A stretch of 64,000 nucleotides of DNA from Octopus sinensis (Eukaryota), in NCBI RefSeq assembly GCF_006345805.1, contig NC_043005.1, positions 12,028,001-12,092,000 of the forward strand, read 5' to 3'. Below are positions 1 to 11,845 of this stretch, piece after piece. How positions within the stretch are numbered: position 1 is the stretch's first letter; each line of letters begins with the position of its first letter. A model generated the notes under the pieces. That model saw only the letters and a list, made by a program, of their open reading frames with translations. It did no database searches and was not told the origin of the DNA. Made by a program: the position numbers and the translations under genes.

Positions 1-956
1 ACATGGCCCATATCAATATATTTCGCCGCTTGAGGCAAACATTACTAAGGGTGGAATATTCTCGTTGAGTTCGTTTCATTAGGTAGAATTAGGAAAACAA
101 TATTAGAAGTTGTCAGCTTCAGTTTTTGCCAAGAGCATTCACAAGGTAAGTGATGTAAAATTGTTTCGGCAGGTGATGCAAATCATGTGGTTGATTTAGT
201 TTACGAAAACCTATACGTCACTTAGCAGATCCTACAACACCTTAACTTAGTATAATATGGTTATACACCTACGGTGTATAAGAACAGAATTTAACCATGG
301 TAGTAAACACCTAGTGATATACAAACAAATATACATACATACATACATGCATATATACATACATACATACATACATATGTATGTACATAGAATTTCTGTA
401 TATGCGTGTGTATGTATATTTGCATGTATATGTGCGCATATGTATAGGCAATGCTTTCCAGAAATATCTTTGACATGTTAGCAGTAAAGTAACAAGTCAC
501 ATCCTATTTAGCTTCCTGTCTAATGGTACTGAAAAGGTCACAACCGACATTTGCTGTCTTTTTTTCATATCTCATAATATTTTCTCTCCTTCTCCCTCTG
601 TATTGCCCTCTCATTCCCTCTCTCCATTAAAGAGAGAGAGAGAGAGAGAAAGAGAGAGCTAGGTAGTAATGGAGATAAACACAATTAGGCTTGACACATA
701 TACACCATACATAAATAGACACATATTTCTACACATATTCAGAAAGAAAATCACATTTATACATATACATAAATATATATATATATAAACAAATACGAGG
801 GTCGGCTGAAAAGTTCATAGGCTGAACAAGATTCTCACATGGAATATGATTAAATGAGGTTCCTTCTTCAATGTAGTTACCGCTTGTGGTTCTCATACTT
901 CTTCCATCGGTCTCGCAGTGCTTGGACCCTATTGGTGAAGAAGCATTCATCCTGTT

Positions 957-1375
957 CTATATTTAAGAGATGAGGAATTATGTACATTATTTACATTATT
1001 TACATTCGACGGATATTTGTCCTCATCTTGTTTGTTGTTAACACAACATTTCGGCTGATATACCCTCCAGCCTTCTTCAGGTGTCTTGGGGAAATTTCAT
1101 ACCTGGGTTCTCATTCCTAATATATTTTTAGGTGTTATCATTATTATTATTGTTATTATTATTATTTTATTATTATTATTATTATTATTATTATATTATT
1201 ATTATATTATTATTATTGTTAGTGTTCAGGTCACTGCTTGGAATCGAACTCGGAATCTTGGGATTGGTAACCCGCGCTCTTAACCACTCCGCCATATGCC
1301 CGTGGGCATATGGTATAGTGGTCACAAGATGGGGACAAATATCCGTCGAATATAAATAATGTAAATAATGCATTT
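957..1375 (-). mobile_element. Family E tRNA-headed SINE carrying a hammerhead motif, with inverted head and tail segment
   Basis: Minus strand reads A box TGGCGGAGTGG, B box GAGTTCGATTCC, (AAT)n, HHR motif, tail. An 8-bp direct repeat ATCCTGTT at 949-956 and 1376-1383 brackets the block inside the mariner. Confidence 0.8.
1040..1085 (-). ncRNA. Minimal type I hammerhead ribozyme motif
   Basis: GACAC CTGAAGA A GGCTG-GAGGGTATAT-CAGCC GAAAT GTT GTGTT. Stem I 5 bp, stem II 5 bp, cleavage triplet GUU; position 15.2 is T here and C in the 27554 copy. Confidence 0.7.
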
Positions 1376-1675
1376 ATCCTGTTGGTTAAAAAAAAAGGTC
1401 ATCAACAGTAGATATGACACCATCATCAATGCAATACTGGTTCTTAGTCAAGTGTATTTTCCAAGTTGGGAAACAAATAATTGTTAGATGGGGCGAAATC
1501 AGGAGAATAGGGCGGGGTTGATCAACCAATTTAAAGCCACATACCCATTGAAACCGAAAGACTTGTGTGCTGGAACATTGTCCTGGTGAAACGATATCCC
1601 ATTCATCACTTTCCCAGGGTGTTTGGTCTTGATAGCCCTTTGTAACTGCCTGAACATGTTGGCATTGTATTACCC

Positions 1676-1901
1676 ATTTCTTTATTACCCACAAGGGGCT
1701 AAACACAGAGGGGACAAACAAGGACAGACATAGGTATTAAGTCGATTACATCGACCCCAGTGCGTAACTGGTACTTAATTTATCGACCCCGAAAGGATGA
1801 AAGGCAAAGTCGACCTCGGCGGAATTTGAACTCACAACGTAACGCAGACGAAATACCGCTAAGCATTTCGCCCGGCGTGCTAACGTTTCTGCCAGCTCGC
1901 C
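1676..1901 (-). mobile_element. Family B tRNA-derived SINE (head GGCGAGCTGGCAGAA; central GCCTTTCATCCTTTCGGGGTCGATAAA motif, recalled as Meta-domain-like)
   Basis: B box GTTCAAATTCC; 12-bp TSD GCATTGTATTAC at 1662-1673 and 1902-1913; several paralogues in the window. Confidence 0.85.
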
Positions 1902-2300
1902 GCATTGTATTACTCGCTGATGGTGTGACCCATCGCATGAGAGTCAGTAGACAATGACTTTTGCATCCGAAAAAACTGAGGCCATCATCTTCTCTGCAGA
2001 TGAAATGAACTTGGCGTTCTTTGGAGTAGGTAAGGTAGTGTGTTACCACTTCATGGTTTGTCACTCACTCTCTCGTTCTGGATAAAGAAGCGTTCAAGAA
2101 AACCAGCTGAATCAACCTCAATAGCAGATATTCCTATGATGTGAGCAGTCAGATGTCAGACGACATGGCCGAAACATTCGTCATGTCGAGGAGAAATTAC
2201 ATTTAGCCAAGACTCCGATTTCTCTTATAGTCACCCTTGACGCCGTGAACCTAGTCCTGGGTGAAGAATTTGGATATATATATATTGTGTATGTTTGTAT

Positions 2301-2592
2301 GCAATGGCCCAGTGGTTAGGGCAGCGGACTCGCGGTCGTAGGATCGCGGTTTCGATTCCCAGACCGGGCGTTGTGAGTGTTTATTGAGCGAAAACACCTA
2401 AAAGATCCACGAGGCTCCGGCAGGGGGTGGTGATCCCTGCTGTACTCTTCCACCACTCTTTCTCCCACTCTTTCTTCTGTTGGCCTACTCGCTTAGCCAG
2501 CGGGGTGGCGTCATTCGAAGGCTAAAACAATGCGAACGCATTGTGACCAGCGATGTGTAACTACATCTGATGGACTGGTCGGTCACCTGATT
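2301..2592 (+). mobile_element. Family C tRNA-derived SINE with an alternative 3' tail
   Basis: Head GCAATGGCCCAGTGGTTAGGGCAGCGG...GTTTCGATTCCC is shared with 21688 and 40761; the sequence diverges from those copies after ~2470. Confidence 0.8.
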
Positions 2593-2867
2593 ATGATGAT
2601 GTTTGTATATGTGTATGTATATATATATATATTGCACACATGTATATGTGCATGCATATATATCATATGTATGTTGAGGTGTATTCGATTAAGAACGTAT
2701 TAGAGTTCTAAATAAAACTCGTTCACCCTTTCAATTACCCGATACCAAGCAGTATTATGGCATACTACATATTCTAGTTTTAGGCATTTGATACACGTGA
2801 ATAAAATCTGTTTAGCATGTATGTATGCATAAGTGTGTGTGTGTGCGTGTATGTATGTGTGTATGTA

Positions 2868-3115
2868 TTTGATTTGATTTTGATTTTGATTTTTCTAGTT
2901 TCAGCTAATGAGCTGTGGCCATGCTGGGGCACCGCCATTTGGTTTGCTACACGATTTTACCTCACGGATGCTTTTTAGCAAACGCCATCTGATGCATGAG
3001 AGAGTTCGATGCAGCTGCCCTCATCTGCACCTGCTGCCGTGAAGTTGGTTCATCCGGGACACCTGACAGGAAGAGATCCAGTCCTACTTTAACGACATCC
3101 GCATCTACATCATGT
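2868..3115 (-). mobile_element. 3' end of a CR1/L2-type LINE
   Basis: Minus frame ...VGLDLFLSGVPDEPTSRQQVQMRAAASNSLMHQ..., then 3' UTR GGCGGTGCCCCAGCATGGCCACAGCTCATTAGCTGAAAC and an (AAATC)n tail. Clade assigned from memory of LINE C-termini. Confidence 0.65.
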
Positions 3116-3360
3116 ATGTATGCATGTATTTATATATGCATGCATGTATGTATTTGTATTCATGTAGGTATGAGGTGATACAACTAGGTCCTATTATACA
3201 GATAAACAGGTAAACGGTTAATTTAAATTTAAATCCTGTATCGAAACATGTGTAGTGATCATGAAAAAAACTGCCGAATCGTACTCCATCATACTTTTGA
3301 CTCTATTTATTCTTACATTTTTTATTGTATATATGTATATTTTTAAATTTTTTTATATTC

Positions 3361-3406
3361 TTATTTAGTTTCAGCTCACAAGCTGTGGCCATGCTGGGGC
3401 ACCGCC
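3361..3406 (-). mobile_element. Solitary ~45-bp 3' tail of the same LINE family
   Basis: GGCGGTGCCCCAGCATGGCCACAGCTTGTGAGCTGAAAC next to (TA)n; similar solitary tails at 59657-59728 (+) and 61494-61546 (+). Confidence 0.7.
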
Positions 3407-3436
3407 ATATATATATATATACATACATACATGCAT

Positions 3437-3504
<68 letters not shown>

Positions 3505-6079
3505 ATGCATACAAACATAATTACTAAACAGGTTTTATTCACGTGTATCGAATTATATAGAAATGAAATTGTAAATGCACTTGAATTCTTTAAGGAGATT
3601 TATTTACATGAGCTGAATGGTTTTCACAATTTCATTGGAATGAGGAATGTAGAGCGATGCTGCAACTGTGTCGTCTCTAACCAGGTTTCCAATTTTTCTT
3701 TTTATATAAAGGGATTATTGCTTTAAATAATTTGCTTAACTTTATGCAACGTCTGCATGTAACTAACTTAATGTAACTGATTCAAGTTTAACTCCATAAC
3801 TAATTCAACAAAAATTGCACCAAATGCTAAGGTTATGTGAGTCCAAGCGGGTGTCACATGACTGCTTGAACAAAAATTGTGCGTCATGTCTTGCGCATTG
3901 ATATCGCATGACTGAATGGACGGTAACTGCGATAAAATTTACATCTGTATTAAGGTGCTGAATGTGTCATGTGACAGCAATTGCTGTAAACATCGTGGAA
4001 GATCTGCATTTCTCTATCTTCCACTCAATGCTATTAATACTATAAAACAAAACAGCAAGGTAGGAATAGTAGAGCCAATTCGCAGACTACAAATTCTTCA
4101 TTGCATCTTCTTCATTCTTGACTTATCCTTCTAAGTTCCAGTCACACCAGTTATTATTTAGTAGGCATTAAACTTTTGACAGTATTAGCAACACCTATGT
4201 CAAAGTCTAAGAATAGAAGCGTGTAGCAAAATAGACTGCTTGATTCTATCTGTGTAACAGTAAATAATATAACTCAATGTATGTGTTTATATAGCTGTGT
4301 ATATGTTTGTGTGTAAGCTTACACCAATTGCGTAATATCTAGATACATCAATGAAATAGTTGTAATTAAATTTATATTTTTAATACGATGTTATATCTTC
4401 CAAAACCGTGGTTTGTATTTTCAAAGAATATATTTGGTGCATTTACCCGTTTTGATCTGTTGTTTACTTTAAATAAACTATAGTAGGAACACAGGGGGAC
4501 GCGGAATTCTGCGCATAAATTTGTAAGTTAAATATGCTAGAATCTTGTATTCGTTGACCGTGGACGGTCAATATTTTTTTACAGATTAACTTTAGTTTAT
4601 CTTATGTAATCTTCGTTACATCCATTGAATTTCGTGTTGCATGACAAACATAATTTGTATTTTCGATAGAGCTTTATAAAGATATTCCATGATATAATAA
4701 CTCCCACACAAAACTAACTTTGAATACAATACTAGGATTGCCATATTCTTTTCTGAAGGGTCACAGCTTGCATCTCAATATTTAGATACGTAGTCATGGT
4801 AACAAATTTTACAGTAAACAACATGGAGGATCCGGATTTCTTTCTTTCACTCTGTTCTATTAATACCCTACAACATAACGGCAAGGCAGAAATAGTAAAG
4901 CCAATTAGCAGACGACAAATTTCTTCATTTCATATTCGTCACTTTTTCCTTCTAAGTTTCAATCATACCAGTTTTTATTTGGTAGGCATTAAACTTTACT
5001 CCCCGCCAAAAATGTCCATCTATAATCTGTTATCAATGCACGAATTTCTGTTATATTAATTCAGGGTTTGACGTTTAGATACACAATTCCCGCTGGACAA
5101 ATCGACAATCTATTTAAATGCTTGATTTACATACTAGCATTTAACTCCTCACAGATATCGATCTATTAAAAAAATTTTACCGTGAAAATAACATCTGTCA
5201 GTATCCCGTTAACATTATTGATTTGTGATAGGATAAATCGAAAAGAAAAGAAAGAAAACGTACTTTTCTGTTGTATTTCTGGTTTTATTAATTAGATATA
5301 TTTGTTTCATTTGGAAAATGCACAAATACTACACATTTTAAATCAACAAGATAGCATTTAAAAAAAATATATATATATAATTGTGCCTTTCCTTCATATA
5401 CAAGCATCGTGAATAAGGTGATGAGTCGGAAAACAAAAAATGGAGAGAGAAGCTGCTGTCTCAACTTACCAGGATCATAAGATTCCCTCTTTAGTTATCC
5501 GTTTTGTGAATTAGATAGCTGTAGCGGCATCGATGAACTATATTATGTGTCACGAAGACAGAGATGCACAAAATCAGATTAAGTTGGATTTTAGTTGAAA
5601 ACATAAAACAAAACTAAGTAAAACAAGTATTACCAATTTCCTTGTTGTTGCTATTGTGTTTGTTATTGTTGCTGAGCTGTTTCAGTTTGACTCAACGGAC
5701 GGTTTTTCATGGCGCAAATATACAATCCCAAGCATTCTAGTTACAACTATGTAGCATTTTTAACGCTTCCAAGGATCAAATTATTCAATATTTCTATTTT
5801 CCTATGACGATAATTTGTATGAGAATTGGTTGTTATTTCTAGTTATTTGATCGACCACTTAAAGCTTTCTACCTTTGCTTGATTATTAGTTTAGCTATTT
5901 ATTCAGGTGTTCTGGTTCTTCTGGCTTAGCGAACCCATTCATTACCATCTAATAAATTAACATAATGATAGTGCCTAATAATTGCAGACCCCTTTTCCAT
6001 TGGCAGTCCCTTCATGTCAAATCACCAATCAGTATCTCTCCAAAACCCCTATTTAATATTTATGATAACTTTCAATACA

Positions 6080-6105
6080 CTATATATATATATACATACA
6101 TACAT

Positions 6106-6183
<78 letters not shown>

Positions 6184-6296
6184 CATATGTACATACATAC
6201 ATGCATACCTACATCTATATATATATGTGCACATGTATATATATATATATATATGTATGCACATATGAATATATTTATATTTATATTCATATTATG

Positions 6297-6328
<32 letters not shown>

Positions 6329-6927
6329 GTGTGTGTGTGTGTGTGTGTGTGTGTAACTAAGTGTGTTTGTATGTATGTATATTCCCTGAAATGGTTGAAG
6401 TGAGATGCTACTATTGTTCACAATTATGGCCAAATGAAATAACTGGTTAATGCGGCATTCATTTAACTCTACGAAGCGTGTTCGTTAATTAAGTAAATGA
6501 AGAGCTAGAGAACTGTTAAGCAATGAATCGTACCATCTTTATTCTATACATGTTGAATATATTTCCCCTTAAGAATGCATTGTAGGAATCTTAATGTTAA
6601 TGAATGAGAAATTGGTTAATCATAATATTCACAATGGCTCATGCAAGCACGCGAGCGAGCACGCGAGCGAGCACGCGAGCGAGCGCGCGCACACACATAC
6701 ACAGGCACGCAGGCACGCACATACTACGTACATACATATATGTATGCATACCTACCTATATACATGTATGCATACATCACAAACAGGCACATATATACGT
6801 GTTTACGCACAAACACACACACACATATATATATATATGCACATATATGTATGTATGCATATATATATATATATATATATACATACACACACGCGCGTGC
6901 ACACACACACACATGTATATATATATA

Positions 6928-6974
<47 letters not shown>

Positions 6975-6990
6975 TTACGCATATGCGTAG
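6080..6990. repeat. Compound (TA)n/(CA)n/(TG)n microsatellite tracts (6080-6360, 6700-6990) and a 12-bp repeat GCACGCGAGCGA x3 (~6648-6685)
   Basis: Directly visible; accounts for the YIYI/HTHT ORFs here. Confidence 0.95.
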
Positions 6991-8149
6991 CACTTAATAT
7001 TCGTGAAATGACTATGGATTTTCTAATTAGTGCCTTAATAGCGCTGTATATCGAATGATAAATTATCAATGAGAACCATTTATACGACACACCTTTTGTT
7101 AGCACTGGGGAGAAACAATGTATTATAGCGCCTTATGTTATATATTTTCACTCACAGACAGACTGCCATTATCTCGGATTCGAGAAGAAGACCTCTGAAC
7201 TTTGAACTAAACTATATCGCATTTTCTGAAGTCACTTCACTCACATAATCTATTGATTATCAGTGCAGTACAGTATAACAGAAATGAATTCAATTCAAAA
7301 GCGAACATATTCTCTCTGTTCCTTAAAGAAGACAGTTGTTCAATTTAATCTAGCTATATTGAAATGCATCGAAGTTTATATCCTAGTTATTCCACCACCA
7401 ACGCATTCCATAACGAGTAAATGCGATCATCTCAATTTACAATATACTTTTCCCATGATTAATTTTATTTCTCTATTGACAACCTCTATAGGGCAAATTG
7501 AAAAGCTGCTGATACTAGCTGGCAAATTTGAATTTGAAACTAGGTTATAAATATTTCACATGATAACTGATGATTCCTAATGTTTCTGTCTCTCAAGTCA
7601 GAAATTGCTGCCAAATAAAACCTACATGTTTGTTACAAGTCTTAGACGGCCAACAGTCTCTGAAAGTTCATTTTGATGACTCGAAATATTTACCATTGTG
7701 CAAACATTATTACAAAGAAACGTCTGCCGTTTCATGATAAGGAGTTAATCGTATTTGATCAGCTGCTGAAATTCCGCAAAACGCATGTAAAATATACGTA
7801 AATCTCCAATGTAAAATTTATGATAGAATATTTGGTACTGCGCTGTTTCGCTACAGCCAAAGAAATTCATAGGATTGTCAGCATATGATGCCCACAAAAA
7901 TACGCTTCAAATCGAACGGTAAAGTAAGGGAGTGATTGACCTATTTTGTTACACCTGGAAAAAGCGGAACGACACATAACCAGACCAGAATAAAGGAAAG
8001 GTACATTAAGATATGACGGAAGCTTCTCGACCAGCCAAGTAAAAAAGGAATGGTATATAGATGCATTGAAAAGTCATAAACCGGGATACGTATCCCAATT
8101 ACAAACTGATCTCTGTTTTAAGAGTCACGAGCGCCGATGAAATTTGACT

Positions 8150-8475
8150 AGAATTGTTTGGGATAGAAATCAAGCGTCATCCAACCAAAATGCAAATATA
8201 TGGGAAACTACCACCTGTGTCATCTCTTGTGAAAGGTAGGAGAGTCCAGTTTGCTGGACATTGTTGTAGGCCGGGCAACGAGGCAATTTCTACTCTTCTC
8301 CTCTGGAAGCCATCTACTCGCAATACCAGAGGGTGCACACTCTCCTACCCTGATGTAATCTCCAGGGATACAGGCATCTAGCAACAGGACCTCCGTAATG
8401 CTATGATGGACCATGAAGTCTGGCGTAGCATGGTAAATACCATTGTCTCGACCACGGTCGAACAACGATGATGAG
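8150..8475 (+). mobile_element. 3' fragment of an RTE/RTE-X LINE
   Basis: ...GRRVQFAGHCCR...LLLWKPS...SYPDVISRDTGI*...MMDHEVWR matches the RTE C-terminal pattern; ends in GATGATGA. Confidence 0.75.
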
Positions 8476-8804
8476 GATTTACTAGAAACTGCTTGACCAG
8501 AAGTACTTTGCCATCTCACGTCGAATCTAGGAACTCAGAATGTGAAATTTGGCTTGATTCCAACTTAATTGGAACGGACAGGGATCAGAGTAATATTTAT
8601 AAACGTACCATTAGAACTCAAAATCTTGTTGGTGGTAAGAACAGAAATGTGGTTGGAAATCCTGATTCATGGGAAACCTGAGACTTTGGGAAGGATCCCC
8701 AACCAAATAGAGATCCCAGGTGGTCTGTAACTGCAGATGTCAGTGGAAGATAGAACATTCGGAATTGTGAATGCGGCAACACGAATCACACTTGAAACTT
8801 ACGC

Positions 8805-8816
8805 ACCATCACCACC

Positions 8817-8864
<48 letters not shown>

Positions 8865-8875
8865 AACAACAACAG
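8805..8875. repeat. (CAC)n-(CAA)n trinucleotide tract
   Basis: Directly visible. Confidence 0.95.
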
Positions 8876-10479
8876 ACAGTCACAGCTGAAAGAAAACATT
8901 TATTCTTTCTATCAAAACTACAGCAGCAACAACACCGCAGCAGTGTGCAACTACTGAAACTATGATCGCAGCACCAACTACAAGAATGAAAACAACGTCT
9001 AGACGACAATAGCCACATCAACACCAAATGTGGAAGCAAGAGCAAAATAGACAGAAAAACATATTGCTTTCTTCAGTGGATACCATATCCACAGTGACAC
9101 CCACATGAGAACAAAACCACAACCATCCGCACGAGATGCTTCTCCCTATCTCGAACCATTCATACAGGCTGTTTAAGGATGGTAACGATAGAGACATCGA
9201 GTGGCATAAAGTACACGATAGAAATAAAAGAAAGAAAAATGAGCAGATTCGAAAGCATGGCGAGATGCTTTCGTGCAGAGATGCACCAACACAAACTTAG
9301 ACATCACAACCAGCCATTAAGAGCACAAGCCCCAGCCCTACTAAAAGACACAACCAACGTCATAAACACAAGTCCAAATTCATTCCCAAACCCACCAAGA
9401 ACCGACACACAAACCCCAACACGATCGAAAGCGCATAAATCATAAAATATGTGACACGTGACCCATTCAATAATGCGTTAATAAATCATGTACGTTAACA
9501 TAAAAGTATTACACTTAATAAATTGTTTTGCACAAACAAATAATGTACCGAAACATGAAAGTCACAAAAACAACACATTTAAATAAAAGAAAGCAAATAT
9601 AAGAATTAAGCAAGACATATCCGAAAAAATATTTGCAACATAATATGCAAAGACTAAGTTGAGAAAACGCCCTAAAAAATCGGAGGAACGGAACACCTAC
9701 TACAAGAATAAGATAAATGGATTTCTCGCCTATGTTTTTTTTATTATCTAATATTGCCTTAATCAAAAAAGACAGTGGAAATCAATGTTAACTGAAGTCA
9801 CTTTGAAAGCAGAACACTTGTTCAACGACCTAATGCCACTAGATGAAAATAACATGGCTTATCAGAGATCTGAATTCACAAGGCACGAGCGGTAATGCAT
9901 ATCTGAAAGCCGATCGGAATAGGAGGTGAGACCGCTTTTTGGCCCCTAATGGTAAAGTGGCTATATTAGAAGTGACTAGCAAAGCGTTGGCTGCCTTGCT
10001 TGTTTTCGGCGTCTGGTGGTCTTTGTTGGGACATCGTTAGAGTTTGATTAGAATCCTATTTTGTATGCAAACTTGGACTATGTTGACTCAGTTGATTCTT
10101 TGCAGCGGAAACAGAGTGTTTCGAAAAGCCATTGATTGTCACAGAAATATAAAAGTGAAAGATGGAGGGAAAATGGTATTGTTTGAACGGTCTGCTCTTT
10201 ACGCTCCAGAATAATTAGAGTATCAGAAAAATTCCTTACAGAATTCAGAACATTTATATTCTGAATTCAAATTCTGCCAAGGTAAACTTTGCTTTTCGTC
10301 CTCCAAGGTCGATAAAATAAACCACCAGTCAAGTTACCCGTTGTCCTTGAGCTTAAATCAGAAATACTTTTATTCTTATTGTATTCATGGTTTGAGAAAT
10401 GCTCGAAGAGTAAACTTTCTTGAAATAGCATTTGGTTCATTTTGGAAATGTGGGCAGGCTTGGCTATGTGAAGGCGCAA

Positions 10480-10835
10480 ATGTGACTGTGCAGTAAGAAG
10501 CTTGCTTCCAGACGACATGGTTCCGGGTTCAGTCCTACTACAGTGCACATTGGGCAAATAACTTTTATTATAACCTCGAGCCGACCAAAAGCTTGTGACT
10601 GGATTCGGTAGACGGAAACTGAAAGAAGCACGCCATGTGTTGCCCACCACTATTTGCCAACCAATGTTGGTGTGTTTACCTCCCTGTAGCTTCGCAGTTC
10701 AGCAAAAGAGACTGATAGTATAGGCACAATGCTTAGAAAATTAGAAAAAATAAGTGCCAAGGTCGGTTCGTTCGGCTAAAATTCTCCAAGGCTGTGCGGC
10801 AGCATGGTCGCAGTGTCTAAAGACAAAAACAAGTA
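10480..10835 (+). mobile_element. Degenerate family A SINE
   Basis: CATGGTTCCGGGTTCAGTCC...GTAGACGGAAACTGAAAGAAG...CAGCATGG...AAACAAGTAA, collinear with the intact copies. Confidence 0.7.
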
Positions 10836-10897
10836 ACAAATGAACCATAAACATCGTGCAAGATATATACATATATATATAATATATATATATATAT

Positions 10898-11167
10898 ATA
10901 ACATAATGGACGTTAGCCATCCGAATATGGCTAGGGACAGGGCAGGGCGGTGGGGGTGTTACTGATGCATTTAGCCCCAGGCGATCATCAACGTCACCAG
11001 AAGGGCTGACGCCATCACGGCGTCCTCTAGCCTGCAAAGGGAGATCATTCCCCGAAGAAGCGGATGCCACATACGGACCCAGGTTTCAAGGTGTTTGCCT
11101 CTCGTCAACGTATGGCAGGCACCGTCCCTCGACGAACGACTCTCTGTGCAGGCTATCTATATAAAGA
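10898..11167 (-). mobile_element. 5' portion of a non-autonomous Helitron-like element; a 109-bp internal piece is duplicated at 11256-11364
   Basis: Minus strand starts A|TCTTTATAT like the elements at 28999 and 35295, and shares GTAACACCCCC...TAGCCATATT..GATGGCTA with 35570-35610. 10898-11006 equals 11256-11364 apart from one mismatch. Confidence 0.5.
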
Positions 11168-11477
11168 TTTTCACAGTAAATACATTTACTGATGTAGAAA
11201 ATCTGTTCGACAGCAATAATAATTCTCTAAGCGAGGTATATACAGTAACTGCTCCATAACATAAGGGACGTTAGCCATCCGAATATGGCTAGGGACAGGG
11301 CAGGGCGGTGGGGGTGTTACTGATGCATTTAGCCCCAGGCGATCATCAACGTCACCAGAAGGGCGTATGGTATCAATACACCATGTATACAAATTTTATG
11401 AATTATTGCATTTCAGTTCAATACAAATTGTAAGGGTAACTTTCCTGCTTCTGTTTCAATATTCACGCTAGACTTGT

Positions 11478-11845
11478 GGCGAGCTGGCAGAATCGTTAGC
11501 ACGCCAGGCGAAATGCTTAGCGGTATTTCGTCTGCCGTTACGTTCTGAGTTCAAATTCCGTCGAGGTCGACTTTGCCTTTCATTTTTTCGGGGTTCGATT
11601 AAATAAGTACCAGTTACACACTGAGGTCGATATACCCGACTTAATCCGTTTGTCTGTCCTTGTTTGTCCTTTCTGTGTTTAGCCCGTTGTGGGTAGTAAA
11701 GAAATAGGTTTTTCGTCTGCCGATACGTTCTGAGTTCAAATTCCGCCGGGGTCGATAATTTAAGTACCAGATGCGTACTGGGCCGATCTAATTGAATGCC
11801 CCCCCCCCTCCCCAAAATTTCTGGCCTTGTGCCTAGATTAGAAAA
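11478..11845 (+). mobile_element. Family B SINE: full copy plus a partial second unit
   Basis: Full unit to AAAGAAATA (~11706), then a restart at GGTTTTTCGTCTGCC and an alternative 3' end. Confidence 0.85.

Larger units (their letters stand above)
796..2070 (-). mobile_element. Degenerate mariner (Tc1/mariner) transposon, C-terminal part of the transposase, interrupted by two SINE insertions
   Basis: TA|CGAGGG end at 794-801. Minus-strand translations give SAEKMMASVF (~1970-2010), FHQDN (~1580-1595), a PYSPDFAP-like motif (1489-1515) and a C-terminal ...ALRDRWKK... Contains stops and frameshifts. Confidence 0.85.

Noticed and set aside
2161-2188. CGACATG...GCCGAAACATTCGT...CATGTCG hairpin resembling half a hammerhead
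   Set aside because: No CUGANGA core in the correct position.
7850-8130. Possible Helitron Rep-domain remnant (AYDAHKNTLQIER-like peptide)
   Set aside because: The similarity is too weak and needs several frameshifts.
9785-9895. 36-codon frame MLTEVTLKAEHLFNDLMPLDENNMAYQRSEFTRHER with a weak donor
   Set aside because: Short, no recognisable family and weak splice signals.
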